Positions 10,701 to 18,990 of a stretch of DNA of 64,000 nucleotides are shown here, piece by piece. How positions within the stretch are numbered: position 1 is the stretch's first letter; every line of letters begins with the position of its first letter. The position numbers and the translations under genes are program-made. The DNA comes from Flavobacterium sp. (lineage in GTDB: Bacteria; Bacteroidota; Bacteroidia; Flavobacteriales; Flavobacteriaceae). Location: the NCBI RefSeq assembly GCF_024305175.1, contig NZ_JAMWYY010000002.1, positions 42,258 to 106,257 of the forward strand, in the 5' to 3' direction. The notes below the pieces were generated by a model that was not told where the DNA came from, ran no database searches, and saw only the letters and a program-made list of their open reading frames with translations.

Positions 10701-11023
10701 GCATTTATATTTTTGAGCAGGAGCGTAGAAGACCAGAACATAAACAATATGGTAAACGCGGATGAGAGTACCGAAACCATATTTACCATAAAGGCTATAT
10801 TTTCCTGGCCTGATGCAAACATAGCAAAGAAAGCGCCAATAAGCTGGTATAACGGAGCGCCCGGCGGATGCCCCACCTGCAGCTTTGCAGAAGTGGAAAT
10901 ATACTCGCCGCTGTCCCAAAAACTAACGGTTGGTTCTACTGTAAGGGTGTAAACGGCAAGTGCTGTAAAAAATAATGTCCATCCCAGTATTGTATTCCAT
11001 TTTTTAAAGTTGAAATGCTCCAT
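7751..11023 (-). CDS. DUF2723 / glycosyltransferase family 117-like GT-C membrane protein, paralogue A
   Basis: 1090 aa with the same architecture and motifs (EPTVSFWDSGEY...GHPPGAPL). It sits 91 bp upstream of paralogue B on the same strand. Confidence 0.75.
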   Translation of the reverse strand: MEHFNFKKWNTILGWTLFFTALAVYTLTVEPTVSFWDSGEYISTSAKLQVGHPPGAPLYQLIGAFFAMFASGQENIAFMVNMVSVLSSAFTILFMFWSSTLLLKNINALKNTHKQNSIAILGSAATGCLTFIFTDSFWFNATEAEVYAMASLFIAMLFWAGLRWGEAMHTQNGNRWLLLIAMLTGLSFGVHFLALLTIPAIGLIYYFKNYEKITFKNFAVANIAVTGILLFVFMMLLPYTMALFAKAEIFMVNSMGLPFNSGTVFMSLAVGLLFWYALRYTRKKQLPLYNTLVLCLLFMFIGFSSWMMLPVRANSGITINENPPTDAADLLAYYNREQYPEQKVFYGPMYTQAYAGLDADMPYTDAKPNYERDYKTGKYVIINNYKNAKQQFDRSHEGFLPRLSKEKHAANYMAYAGAPDFRVNPNYDFESELPYYGINVAELSPEDTAIAAAGLRNELDNIIQEFKTAYRKGDAGNEELDSFLKNYSRYLIIDKPTLIQNISYMFSYQFGYMYWRYFMWNFAGRQNDIQGKADILNGNWISGIKAIDGLRLGNQEKLAPDMLNNEGRNTYFFIPLLLGAVGLLYHARKDAKSFYVLLVLFLFCSLAIKVFLNESPFEVRERDYVLVGSFYVFAIWIGFGVFALLQFAGKFIKPKVAIPAVFAITLLSCPVLMARENWDDHDRSERYTALAMAKACLDSCAPNAILYTVGDNDTFPLWYAQEIENYRTDVRVVCTTYLPADWYIDQMKRQAYDSTPLPITLLHDQYRDGTRDFMLYNKKTDERMSIASFMEFVSLDDERATVELQNGHRVNYYPSNKIRIPVNKQTIIKNKVVLEAYYDDIVPYIDIDLPDVLYKHNLIMLDIINNNNWERPIYFTGGSPEDDYFAWMDNYLQLEGMAYRLVPVKTENPEDNPFELGRVHSEKMYDTVMKWDWGNSNSPDVYLDPQTLRTGVSYKANLARLSDTLIEEGNPEKAEKVIDLALEKMPVARYRSYFMDKDFADGYYRTGNVTKARNLLTTLVQKYQENLTYYKSLKAPLQDELFYTIIRDIESYRSLLLIMKENNDLSFYEEHKEEFNRYNKMFGRFGRKNE

Positions 11024-11120
11024 AGGCTGTAAATTAACAGGTTAAGTTTGTCGTGAAAAAACATGGTTATTCTTACAGAACGCAAAAAAATATTTTTTAA
11101 TATTTTTTTCTGCCAAAAAT

Positions 11121-11150
11121 TTGCTTTAATAAATTTATGTGCTACATTTG
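11121..11150 (+). promoter_or_regulatory. Bacteroidota sigma-A type promoter (TTG-N19-TAcaTTTG) for tRNA-Gln
   Basis: TTG at 11121-11123 and TACATTTG at 11143-11150 with a 19-nt spacer, about 20 nt upstream of the tRNA 5' end. This matches the published Bacteroidetes -33/-7 consensus. Confidence 0.55.
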
Positions 11151-11169
11151 CACCCGCAATGAGCAAGAT

Positions 11170-11240
11170 TGGTCCATGGTGTAATGGTAACACTACTGAT
11201 TTTGGTTCAGTCATTCTAGGTTCGAGTCCTAGTGGACCAA
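11170..11240 (+). tRNA. tRNA-Gln (anticodon UUG)
   Basis: Hand-folded 71-nt cloverleaf. Acceptor stem TGGTCCA/TGGACCA, D stem GTGT/ACAC, anticodon stem ACTGA/TCAGT with loop TTTTGGT (anticodon TTG), T stem CTAGG/CCTAG with loop TTCGAGT, discriminator A. No CCA is encoded. Confidence 0.9.
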
Positions 11241-11247
11241 CAAAAAA

Positions 11248-11274
11248 CCTCTCAGGAAACTGAGAGGTTTTTTT
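11248..11274. terminator. Bidirectional intrinsic terminator (tRNA-Gln and the convergent usp gene)
   Basis: CCTCTCAG-GAAA-CTGAGAGG hairpin, preceded by A6 and followed by T7. It lies between the tRNA (+) and the stop of the minus-strand usp gene. Confidence 0.7.
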
Positions 11275-11290
11275 GGTTTTAACAGGTAAT

Positions 11291-12136
11291 TTATATCTTG
11301 AAAGTTACCACCGGTTTCATAGAGTGGTTAACTAAATCTTCGCTTATGCTGCCGTTAAAGAAGTGGGCAAGGCCCTGCCTTCCGTGGGTACACATACCTA
11401 TCATGTCGGCATTAATGTGGTTGGCAAAATGCAGTATGCCTTTCTCTACATTTACATCATTATAAATGTGAAGGTCTACATTGTTTATGCTAAAGCCTGC
11501 TGCAAATTCCTGCATGGTTTTCATAGCGGCGTGGGTAGATTTAAAATCGTTTGGCGTGTTTATGTAAACAAGGTCAAGTTCCATATCAAAAGTGTTGGCG
11601 AAATCAACCACCTGGCTAAACGGTTTCCTTATTTCTTCAGAAAAATCAGAAGCAAAGACAAATTTTTGCGGGTTAAAATTGCCTTCATCTTTCTTGATTA
11701 CCAACACAGGTATGTTAGATGTTCTTACTACTTTTTCTGTGTTAGAGCCAATAAACATTTCCCTGAAACCGCTTGCGCCATGAGACCCCATTACTATCAG
11801 GTCTATACTATGCTTTTTGCTTTGCTTTATAATTCCGTCAAAAGCCCTGTCAAACTGAATTGCTTCTACAACCGGTATGCCTTCAAGGTAAGGTGCGTTA
11901 AGCACTTCCTCAAAACGCTCACGTGTTTTTTCCATAAAAAACATAACCTCGGGCACACCTGCGCTGCTGCCTACGGCGTTGCTCTCGCCAATACCGTCGT
12001 CGCTAATGTGCGAAGGCAGTTCCAGCATGTGCAACAGGTATATTTCGCTGTTGTTTTTGCGTGCAATTTGTGCGGCAACTTTAAGTGCATGTTCGGCATG
12101 TTCAGAGAAGTCTGTAGGGACTAAAATTTTTTTCAT
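11291..12136 (-). CDS. Universal stress protein, tandem USP domains
   Basis: 281 aa. MKKILVPTDFSEHAEHAL..., two USP repeats each with a G-x2-G-x9-G(S/T)-like ATP motif (VMGSHGASGFREMFIGSNTEKV; GMCTHGRQGLAHFFNGSISEDL). Confidence 0.8.
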   Translation of the reverse strand: MKKILVPTDFSEHAEHALKVAAQIARKNNSEIYLLHMLELPSHISDDGIGESNAVGSSAGVPEVMFFMEKTRERFEEVLNAPYLEGIPVVEAIQFDRAFDGIIKQSKKHSIDLIVMGSHGASGFREMFIGSNTEKVVRTSNIPVLVIKKDEGNFNPQKFVFASDFSEEIRKPFSQVVDFANTFDMELDLVYINTPNDFKSTHAAMKTMQEFAAGFSINNVDLHIYNDVNVEKGILHFANHINADMIGMCTHGRQGLAHFFNGSISEDLVNHSMKPVVTFKI

Positions 12137-12284
12137 AATGATTGGTATAGGTCTAATATTAACAAATTATGCGTGTACTTTTAACATTATAAAAGTAAGA
12201 ATTAATTTTGCATTATACAATGATTTTCAAGATATAAAAAAAATTGCTATATTTGCGCCATTATTTCACAGAACAGTAAATAAT

Positions 12285-12309
12285 GAGGGGGCGGAAGTCC
12301 CCTCTTTTT
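12285..12309 (+). promoter_or_regulatory. Terminator-like hairpin plus U-run inside the rimP-nusA-infB 5' leader (candidate attenuator)
   Basis: GAGGGG (12285-12290) / CCCCTC (12299-12304) with an 8-nt loop, then TTTTT (12305-12309), 10 nt before the rimP ATG. A -7-like box TATATTTG lies at 12248-12255. No upstream plus-strand gene exists for it to terminate. Confidence 0.45.
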
Positions 12310-12319
12310 CATAAAAAAT

Positions 12320-12784
12320 ATGACATTTAAAGAGAAAGTAGGCAGCCTGTTGGATGAAGCGCTTAAAGAGCGCCCGGAGCTCTTTCTTATTGAGCTTAAG
12401 ATAACCGAAGCCAATAAAATAATGGTAACGCTGGATGGTGATAATGGTGTTAACCTGCAGGATTGCATAGATGTTAGCCGTGCCATAGAGCATAACCTTG
12501 ACAGGGAGGAGCAGGACTTTTCGCTTGAGGTGGCATCGGCGGGTGCAACAAGCCCGTTGCTAAACAAAAGGCAGTACAAAAAAAATATGGGGCGCACGCT
12601 TAAGGTAACCACCCAAAATGAAAAAATTGAGGCCGAGCTTACCGGTGCGACAGATGAGCATATAATACTGGAGTGGAAAGCCCGCGAACCTAAAAAGGTT
12701 GGAAAAGGCAAAGAAACCGTGCAAAAAAGAGCAGAAGTGCCTTACGGAGATATAAAGGAAGCAGTAGTTGTAATAAAATTTTAA
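12320..12784 (+). CDS. rimP: Ribosome maturation factor RimP
   Basis: 154 aa located immediately upstream of nusA-infB, which is the conserved rimP position and size. Confidence 0.85.
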   Translation: MTFKEKVGSLLDEALKERPELFLIELKITEANKIMVTLDGDNGVNLQDCIDVSRAIEHNLDREEQDFSLEVASAGATSPLLNKRQYKKNMGRTLKVTTQNEKIEAELTGATDEHIILEWKAREPKKVGKGKETVQKRAEVPYGDIKEAVVVIKF

Positions 12785-12802
12785 AAAAACAAGATAGTTG
12801 GT

Positions 12803-14044
12803 ATGGAGAATATCGCATTAATTGAATCGTTTTCTGAATTTAAGGATGATAAGCTAATAGATCGCGTTACCCTTATGGCGATACTGGAAGATGTTTTCAG
12901 GAACGCCTTAAAGAAGAAATACGGCTCTGACGATAATTTTGATATTATTATCAACCCTGATAAAGGTGATATGGAGATATGGAGGAACCGTATAGTGGTT
13001 GCCGATGGTGAGGTTGAAGACCCTAACCAGGAAATTTCGCTTTCTGAAGCCAGGAGGATAGAGCCCGATTTTGAAGTGGGTGAAGAGGTTTCGGAAGAAG
13101 TTAAGCTTATCCAGCTGGGCCGCAGGGCTATACTTGCACTGCGCCAAAATCTTATCTCTAAGATACACGAACACGATAATACCAACTTATACAAGCAGTT
13201 TAAAGACATAATTGGCGATATTTATACTGCTGAAGTGCACCATGTTCGGCCAAAAGCTGTAATTTTGGTGGATGATGACGGAAATGAAATAGTGCTTCCT
13301 AAAGAAAAACAGATACCATCTGATTTTTTCAGGAAAGGCGACAATGTGCGCGGCATTATAGAAAATGTAGAGCTTAAAGGCAACAAGCCGCAGATTATAA
13401 TGAGCAGGACATCTGAAAAATTCCTTGAAAAATTGTTTGAGCAGGAAATACCGGAAGTGTTTGACGGCCTTATAACCGTTAAAAAAGTAGTAAGGATACC
13501 GGGTGAAAAAGCTAAAGTAGCCGTAGATTCTTATGATGACAGGATAGACCCTGTAGGTGCCTGTGTGGGTATGAAAGGATCGCGCATACACGGTATAGTG
13601 CGCGAGCTTGGTAACGAAAATATTGATGTTATAAATTATACTACTAACACGCAGCTGTATATTTCGCGTGCGCTTAGCCCTGCTAAAATATCATCTATAA
13701 AAATTGATGAAGAGAGCAAAAGGGCGGAGGTTTTCCTTAAGCTGGAAGAGGTTTCTAAAGCTATTGGACGCGGCGGACACAATATTAAGCTGGCAGGCCT
13801 GCTTACAGGTTATGAGCTTGATGTAATAAGGGAAGGTACGCCTGCAGAGGAGGAAGATGTTGAACTGACTGAATTCTCTGATGAAATTGAAGCATGGATA
13901 ATTGATGAGTTTGCCAAAATAGGCCTTGATACTGCCCGCAGCGTGCTGAACCATGACGTTCAGGACCTTGTAAGGAGGACAGACCTTGAGGAAGAAACCA
14001 TTATGGATGTTATCAGGATTTTGAGGGAAGAATTTGAAGAGTAG
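12803..14044 (+). CDS. nusA: Transcription termination/antitermination factor NusA
   Basis: 413 aa with S1 and KH domains. Motifs include PVGACVGMKGSRI and KAIGRGGHNIKLA. Confidence 0.95.
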   Translation: MENIALIESFSEFKDDKLIDRVTLMAILEDVFRNALKKKYGSDDNFDIIINPDKGDMEIWRNRIVVADGEVEDPNQEISLSEARRIEPDFEVGEEVSEEVKLIQLGRRAILALRQNLISKIHEHDNTNLYKQFKDIIGDIYTAEVHHVRPKAVILVDDDGNEIVLPKEKQIPSDFFRKGDNVRGIIENVELKGNKPQIIMSRTSEKFLEKLFEQEIPEVFDGLITVKKVVRIPGEKAKVAVDSYDDRIDPVGACVGMKGSRIHGIVRELGNENIDVINYTTNTQLYISRALSPAKISSIKIDEESKRAEVFLKLEEVSKAIGRGGHNIKLAGLLTGYELDVIREGTPAEEEDVELTEFSDEIEAWIIDEFAKIGLDTARSVLNHDVQDLVRRTDLEEETIMDVIRILREEFEE

Positions 14045-14097
14045 GTTTAATAAAAGACAACACACACAACGATAGAAGATAATATTAAAAGGATTTT

Positions 14098-16950
14098 ATG
14101 TCTGAAGAAAGAGCAATAAGAATTAATAAAGTTTTAAGGGAATTAAATATTTCGCTGGACAGGGCTGTGGAATACCTTAAGGATAAGGGGTATTCTATAG
14201 AGGCGAGCCCTAATGCCAAGATTTCCGGTGAAGAACGCGATACCCTTTACCGTCAGTTTTCTGCTGATAAGGGTAAAAAAGAGGCTTCTCTTGAGGTGAG
14301 TGAAGAAAAGAGGAAGGAGAAAGAGGCGCTTCGCATGGAAAGGGAGCGTGAACTGGAAGAAAAAAGAAAGCAGGACGAAGAAAAGCAAAGGCAGGAAGTT
14401 ATTAAGGCAAAAGCTTCTCTATCGGGACCTGTGGCAGTCGGCAAAATAGACTTAAATCCTAAAAAAGCTCAGGAACCTTCTTCAGACGCACCTGCAGCAA
14501 CAGAACAGCCAAAAGCCGAAACACCTGTACCTGCAGAACAGCAGCCAAAAGCACCTGAACAGCCAAAAGCTGCAGAGCCAAAACCTGCAATAAATCCGAA
14601 ACAGGAAGAACCTGCTAAGCAGGAGCCTAAAAAAGAAGAGCCTGCTATAAAACCACAGCCAAAAATTGTAGCACAGTCACCCGATGCTAAAAAGCAACAG
14701 GAGCCACAGCAGGAAGGCCAGCAGCCGCAGGACGATAAGATAGAAACGCAATACCAGAAGCTTTCCGGTACAACTTTTACAGGACAAAAAATAGACCTTT
14801 CTCAGTTTGACAGGCCTAAAAAGAAGAAAGAAGAGCCTAAGCGGGATGGTGCTAAAGGCAATGCTGGTAACCAGCAGGGCAACAATAATAATAAGAATAA
14901 AAGAAAACGTATTACCCCTAAACCTCAAGGTCAGGGTCAGCAAGGCCAGGGTGGCCAGCAGGGTAACAACAGGCCGGGCCAGGCTAACAGGCCGGGAGCT
15001 AATAAATTTACAAAGCGCCAAGCTATTGTGGCTAAAGTAGAGCCTACTGAAGAAGAGGTTAAAAACCAGATTCGCGAAACGCTTGAAAAGCTACAGGGTA
15101 AAACAACAAAATCTAAAGCTGCCAAATACCGCCGTGACAAGCGTGAGAGCCACCGTCAGCGTACTGACGATGAGCAGCGCATACTTACAGAGGGCAGCAA
15201 GACTCTTAAAGTAACAGAATTTGTTACAGTTGGAGAAATTGCTACCATGATGGATGTGCCAATTACCAAAGTAATATCGGTATGTATGTCTTTAGGTATC
15301 ATGGTTACCATGAACCAAAGGCTGGATGCTGAAACGCTTACTATTGTGGCAGATGAGTTTGGCTTTGATGTAGAGTTTATTACCACTGATATTGAAGAGG
15401 CTAAAGAAGTGGTTGAAGACAGGGAGGAAGACCTTGAGCCACGTGCACCTATAGTTACGGTTATGGGACACGTTGACCACGGTAAAACCTCGTTACTTGA
15501 CTACATTCGTGAAGAAAACGTAATTGCAGGAGAATCCGGAGGTATAACCCAGCACATTGGTGCCTATGGGGTAATGCTTGAAAACGGACAGAAAATAACA
15601 TTTCTTGATACACCGGGCCACGAGGCGTTTACCGCTATGCGTGCGCGTGGTGCACAGGTAACCGATATTGCTATTATTGTTATTGCTGCGGATGATGATA
15701 TAATGCCGCAGACTAAAGAAGCAATAAACCATGCACAGGCAGCCGGCGTGCCTATCATATTTGCTATTAACAAAGTAGATAAGCCGACAGCAAACCCTGA
15801 AAAGATTAAAGAAAGACTTGCCGGTATGAACTTACTGGTAGAAGACTGGGGCGGTAAAATACAATCGCACGACATATCTGCAAAAACAGGTATGGGGGTT
15901 AATGAGCTACTTGAAAAAGTATTGCTTGAGGCCGAAATACTAGACCTTAAAGCCAACCCTGAAAAAGCGGCTGTTGGTACGGTTGTAGAGGCGTTTCTTG
16001 ATAAAGGCCGTGGTTATGTATCTACAGTGCTGGTGCAGGGCGGTACCCTAAGGGTAGGCGATTATGTACTTGCAGGTAAGCACCACGGTAAGGTTAAGGC
16101 AATGCACGACGAGCGTGGTCATAATATTAAAGAAGCAGGACCATCTACACCTATATCTGTACTTGGTCTTGACGGTGCCCCAACAGCAGGTGACAAGTTT
16201 GGTGTATATGAAGACGAGAAGGAAGCAAAACAAATTGCAGCCAAACGTACACAGCTTATCCGCGAACAATCGGTGCGTACACAAAGGCATATAACACTTG
16301 CCGAGATAGGCAGGAGGATTGCACTTGGCCAGTTTAAAGAGCTTAACATTATCCTTAAAGGTGATGTGGATGGTTCGGTAGAGGCATTATCAGACTCATT
16401 CTCTAAGCTTTCTACAGAAGAAATCCAGATCAACATAATCCACAAAGGTGTTGGAGCAATAACTGAAAGTGATGTATTGCTTGCCTCGGCATCAGATGCT
16501 ATCATCATCGGCTTTAATGTGCGCCCTATGGCAAGTGCCAAATCGCTTGCAGAAAAAGAAGAAATCGACATCAGGAACTACTCAATCATCTATGATGCTA
16601 TTGATGATGTTAAGGATGCGATGGAGGGTATGCTTTCGCCTGAACTTAAAGAAGAGGTTACAGGTACTGCCGAAGTGCGTGAGATATTCAAGATTTCTAA
16701 AGTGGGAACCATTGCAGGATGTATGGTTACCGATGGCAAGATATTCAGGAACTCTAAGATAAGGCTTATACGCGATGGTGTGGTTATTTACACAGGTGAA
16801 CTTGCCACGCTTAAACGTTTTAAAGACGATGTTAAGGAAGTTTCTAAAGGATACGACTGCGGTATGCAGATCAAGAACTATAACGACCTGCAACAGCTTG
16901 ATGTAATTGAAGCATTCCAGGAAGTAGAAGTAAAGAAAAAGCTTAAATAA
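14098..16950 (+). CDS. infB: Translation initiation factor IF-2
   Basis: 950 aa with a low-complexity K/E/P/Q-rich N-terminal region. GTPase motifs present: [20 protein letters not shown] and NKVD. Confidence 0.95.
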   Translation: MSEERAIRINKVLRELNISLDRAVEYLKDKGYSIEASPNAKISGEERDTLYRQFSADKGKKEASLEVSEEKRKEKEALRMERERELEEKRKQDEEKQRQEVIKAKASLSGPVAVGKIDLNPKKAQEPSSDAPAATEQPKAETPVPAEQQPKAPEQPKAAEPKPAINPKQEEPAKQEPKKEEPAIKPQPKIVAQSPDAKKQQEPQQEGQQPQDDKIETQYQKLSGTTFTGQKIDLSQFDRPKKKKEEPKRDGAKGNAGNQQGNNNNKNKRKRITPKPQGQGQQGQGGQQGNNRPGQANRPGANKFTKRQAIVAKVEPTEEEVKNQIRETLEKLQGKTTKSKAAKYRRDKRESHRQRTDDEQRILTEGSKTLKVTEFVTVGEIATMMDVPITKVISVCMSLGIMVTMNQRLDAETLTIVADEFGFDVEFITTDIEEAKEVVEDREEDLEPRAPIVTVMGHVDHGKTSLLDYIREENVIAGESGGITQHIGAYGVMLENGQKITFLDTPGHEAFTAMRARGAQVTDIAIIVIAADDDIMPQTKEAINHAQAAGVPIIFAINKVDKPTANPEKIKERLAGMNLLVEDWGGKIQSHDISAKTGMGVNELLEKVLLEAEILDLKANPEKAAVGTVVEAFLDKGRGYVSTVLVQGGTLRVGDYVLAGKHHGKVKAMHDERGHNIKEAGPSTPISVLGLDGAPTAGDKFGVYEDEKEAKQIAAKRTQLIREQSVRTQRHITLAEIGRRIALGQFKELNIILKGDVDGSVEALSDSFSKLSTEEIQINIIHKGVGAITESDVLLASASDAIIIGFNVRPMASAKSLAEKEEIDIRNYSIIYDAIDDVKDAMEGMLSPELKEEVTGTAEVREIFKISKVGTIAGCMVTDGKIFRNSKIRLIRDGVVIYTGELATLKRFKDDVKEVSKGYDCGMQIKNYNDLQQLDVIEAFQEVEVKKKLK

Positions 16951-16966
16951 TAATTAAGTTTTTACT

Positions 16967-17000
16967 ACAACAAAGCCCGCTTTTCAGCGGGCTTTGTTGT
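16967..17000. terminator. Bidirectional intrinsic terminator between infB and the convergent SPOR gene
   Basis: Perfect 14-bp stem ACAACAAAGCCCGC / GCGGGCTTTGTTGT with loop TTTTCA. Confidence 0.8.
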
Positions 17001-17018
17001 TATATATAGTTATTTATT

Positions 17019-17402
17019 CTATTTGTTTGGCTTAATTAAAAGCGCATACGGGAATCTCTCTTTTACTTTTACAAGCATCCTTTCGGCATCAATTCTTGAA
17101 CTGAAGCTGCCTACCCATACTTTGTAAGTCGGGCTTTCGTAAACTATGGTGCCGTCTGTATCGGTAAATTCTCTTTTAAACTCTGACAGTGCTTTGCGTG
17201 CTTTGTCGTTTTCACCATAAAAAATCTGTATTTTATACTTGTCATTTATAGTTACCGATGCATTTATTTTTCTTTTTTCATTAAGCAGCTGTACAAATTT
17301 TTCATCCTGCGTTACTGTAACATCCTGCGCGTGCATATATCCGGACCCTGTTATTAGGAAAAGTGCCACAAATAAGTATCTTCCAAATTTTAATTTTCTC
17401 AT
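17019..17402 (-). CDS. SPOR domain-containing protein (signal peptide)
   Basis: 127 aa. N-terminal signal sequence. The C-terminal ~75 aa (KYKIQIFYGENDKARKAL...VWVGSFSSRIDAERMLVKVKERFPYALLI) looks like a SPOR peptidoglycan-binding fold. Confidence 0.6.
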   Translation of the reverse strand: MRKLKFGRYLFVALFLITGSGYMHAQDVTVTQDEKFVQLLNEKRKINASVTINDKYKIQIFYGENDKARKALSEFKREFTDTDGTIVYESPTYKVWVGSFSSRIDAERMLVKVKERFPYALLIKPNK

Positions 17403-17613
17403 AATGAATAGTGTTTGCTACAAAAGTACAACATATTGTTTTACCTGTATTCTTCGGGTTTATTTAGAATTGTTATAAATTGATTATTAACATTTATTTA
17501 AGGTTTGAGAATAATTCTTAAGTCGTATTTTTGTGGGAGTTTTTAAAAAACTATAACATTTTGTTGTGTATACATTAAAAACTGTACCAAAATAGTCGAT
17601 AATCATTTTTAAT

Positions 17614-18957
17614 ATGAAAAAAGTGGGTAACCATACTTCGTTTTCAAGAATTATAATGTTCTGTCTGGCGTTCTCGCTATCCTTCTCCCTTTCAGTATTT
17701 GCACAGGATGCTCCTCCTGCCGACGCGGCGGTTGCTGCGCCTGCGGTTGCTGATGCCGGGGCTGATGCGGGTGCGGGAGATCCTGTAAAGGGTAAAGAGT
17801 TGTTTAACACGCTTTGTGCTGCCTGTCACAAGCTTGATGCTAAGGCTACAGGGCCTGCCCTAAGAAATGTTGCTGAAAAACATGACAGGGAGTGGCTGTA
17901 TAGCTGGATAAAGAACAGTAGCGCTATGATTAAAGCGGGCGACCCTGTTGCTGTTAAGCTTTTTAATGAAAACAACCAATCGGTAATGACTGCGTTTCCG
18001 CAGTTGTCTAACCAGGACATAGATAATATTCTTGCTTATACTTCGCAGCCTGCTGAGGTTTCTGCGCCAACTCCTGTTCCAGGCGGTGTTCCTGTTGCAT
18101 CTGACAACGGAATAAACAATGCGCTTATTTTAGGTGCTCTTGTTTTAGTGCTTGTGGTTCTTATTGTAATGCTTGCACTGGTTAATAAAACACTTAAAAA
18201 GGTTGCTGCTGCAAACGGTATTGAGGTTGAGAAGCCTGAGTCGTCAGTGTCATTATGGCAGGCTTATGCTAAAAACCAGTTTTTGGTTTTAGTTACTGCT
18301 ATCCTGTTACTGCTTTCTGCTTCCTACTTCCTTTACGGTTACCTGATGCAGATTGGTGTAGACCAAGGGTATGAGCCAATACAGCCAATTCACTTCTCTC
18401 ACAAGATACACGCCGGAGATAATGGTGTAGATTGTAAATACTGTCACTCTTCTGCAAGGGTAAGCAAGCACTCCGGTATACCATCACTTAATGTGTGTAT
18501 GAACTGCCACAAAAACATTGCAGAATTCCAGGGAGATAAAGATTCAACTTATGTAGAGTATTCTAAAGAGTTCTACACTGCCGAGATACAAAAACTATAT
18601 GATGCTGTTGGTTGGGATAAAGCCACCCAAACCTATACAGGCAAACAAAAGCCGGTAAAATGGGTAAGGATACACAACCTTCCGGATTTTGTTTACTTTA
18701 ACCACGCTCAGCACGTTTCTGTAGCAGGTGTAGAGTGCCAAACATGCCACGGTCCTGTAGAAACATTTGAAATAATGAAGCAGCATTCTTCTCTTACAAT
18801 GGGCTGGTGTATTAACTGCCACCGCGAAACAGATGTGAAGATAGAAGGTAATGCTTACTACGAAAAAATCCACGATGAGCTTGCCAAGAAATATGGCGTA
18901 ACCAAGCTTACTGCTGCCAATATGGGCGGAACAGAATGTGGTAAATGTCACTATTAA
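17614..18957 (+). CDS. actA: Alternative complex III subunit ActA, multihaem cytochrome c with an extra N-terminal monohaem domain
   Basis: Six CxxCH motifs: CAACH, CKYCH, CMNCH, CQTCH, CINCH and CGKCH. Signal/TM segments are present. It is the first gene of the act operon. Confidence 0.85.
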   Translation: MKKVGNHTSFSRIIMFCLAFSLSFSLSVFAQDAPPADAAVAAPAVADAGADAGAGDPVKGKELFNTLCAACHKLDAKATGPALRNVAEKHDREWLYSWIKNSSAMIKAGDPVAVKLFNENNQSVMTAFPQLSNQDIDNILAYTSQPAEVSAPTPVPGGVPVASDNGINNALILGALVLVLVVLIVMLALVNKTLKKVAAANGIEVEKPESSVSLWQAYAKNQFLVLVTAILLLLSASYFLYGYLMQIGVDQGYEPIQPIHFSHKIHAGDNGVDCKYCHSSARVSKHSGIPSLNVCMNCHKNIAEFQGDKDSTYVEYSKEFYTAEIQKLYDAVGWDKATQTYTGKQKPVKWVRIHNLPDFVYFNHAQHVSVAGVECQTCHGPVETFEIMKQHSSLTMGWCINCHRETDVKIEGNAYYEKIHDELAKKYGVTKLTAANMGGTECGKCHY

Positions 18958-18990
18958 TCAATTTTAAAGAAGCTAATATCTATATATAAC

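Noticed and set aside
11363-12124. A 253-aa plus-strand ORF, plus 11592-11783 and 11979-12314, antisense to the usp gene.
   Set aside because: It lies entirely within a well-supported minus-strand USP gene. The translation is Cys/Phe/Tyr/Lys-rich with no motifs, which is typical of a shadow ORF on the opposite strand of an AT-rich coding region.
14400-15100. Repetitive P/Q/K/E/G/N-rich coding region (EQPKA-like and QGQ repeats) in infB, considered as an insertion or separate element.
   Set aside because: It is in frame and continuous with IF-2. A low-complexity, variable N-terminal region is a normal feature of bacterial IF-2.
17480-17493. TTGAT-TATT-AACAT upstream of actA, considered as an FNR/CRP-type box (TTGAT-N4-ATCAA).
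   Set aside because: Only one half-site matches, and the background is AT-rich, so it is likely chance.
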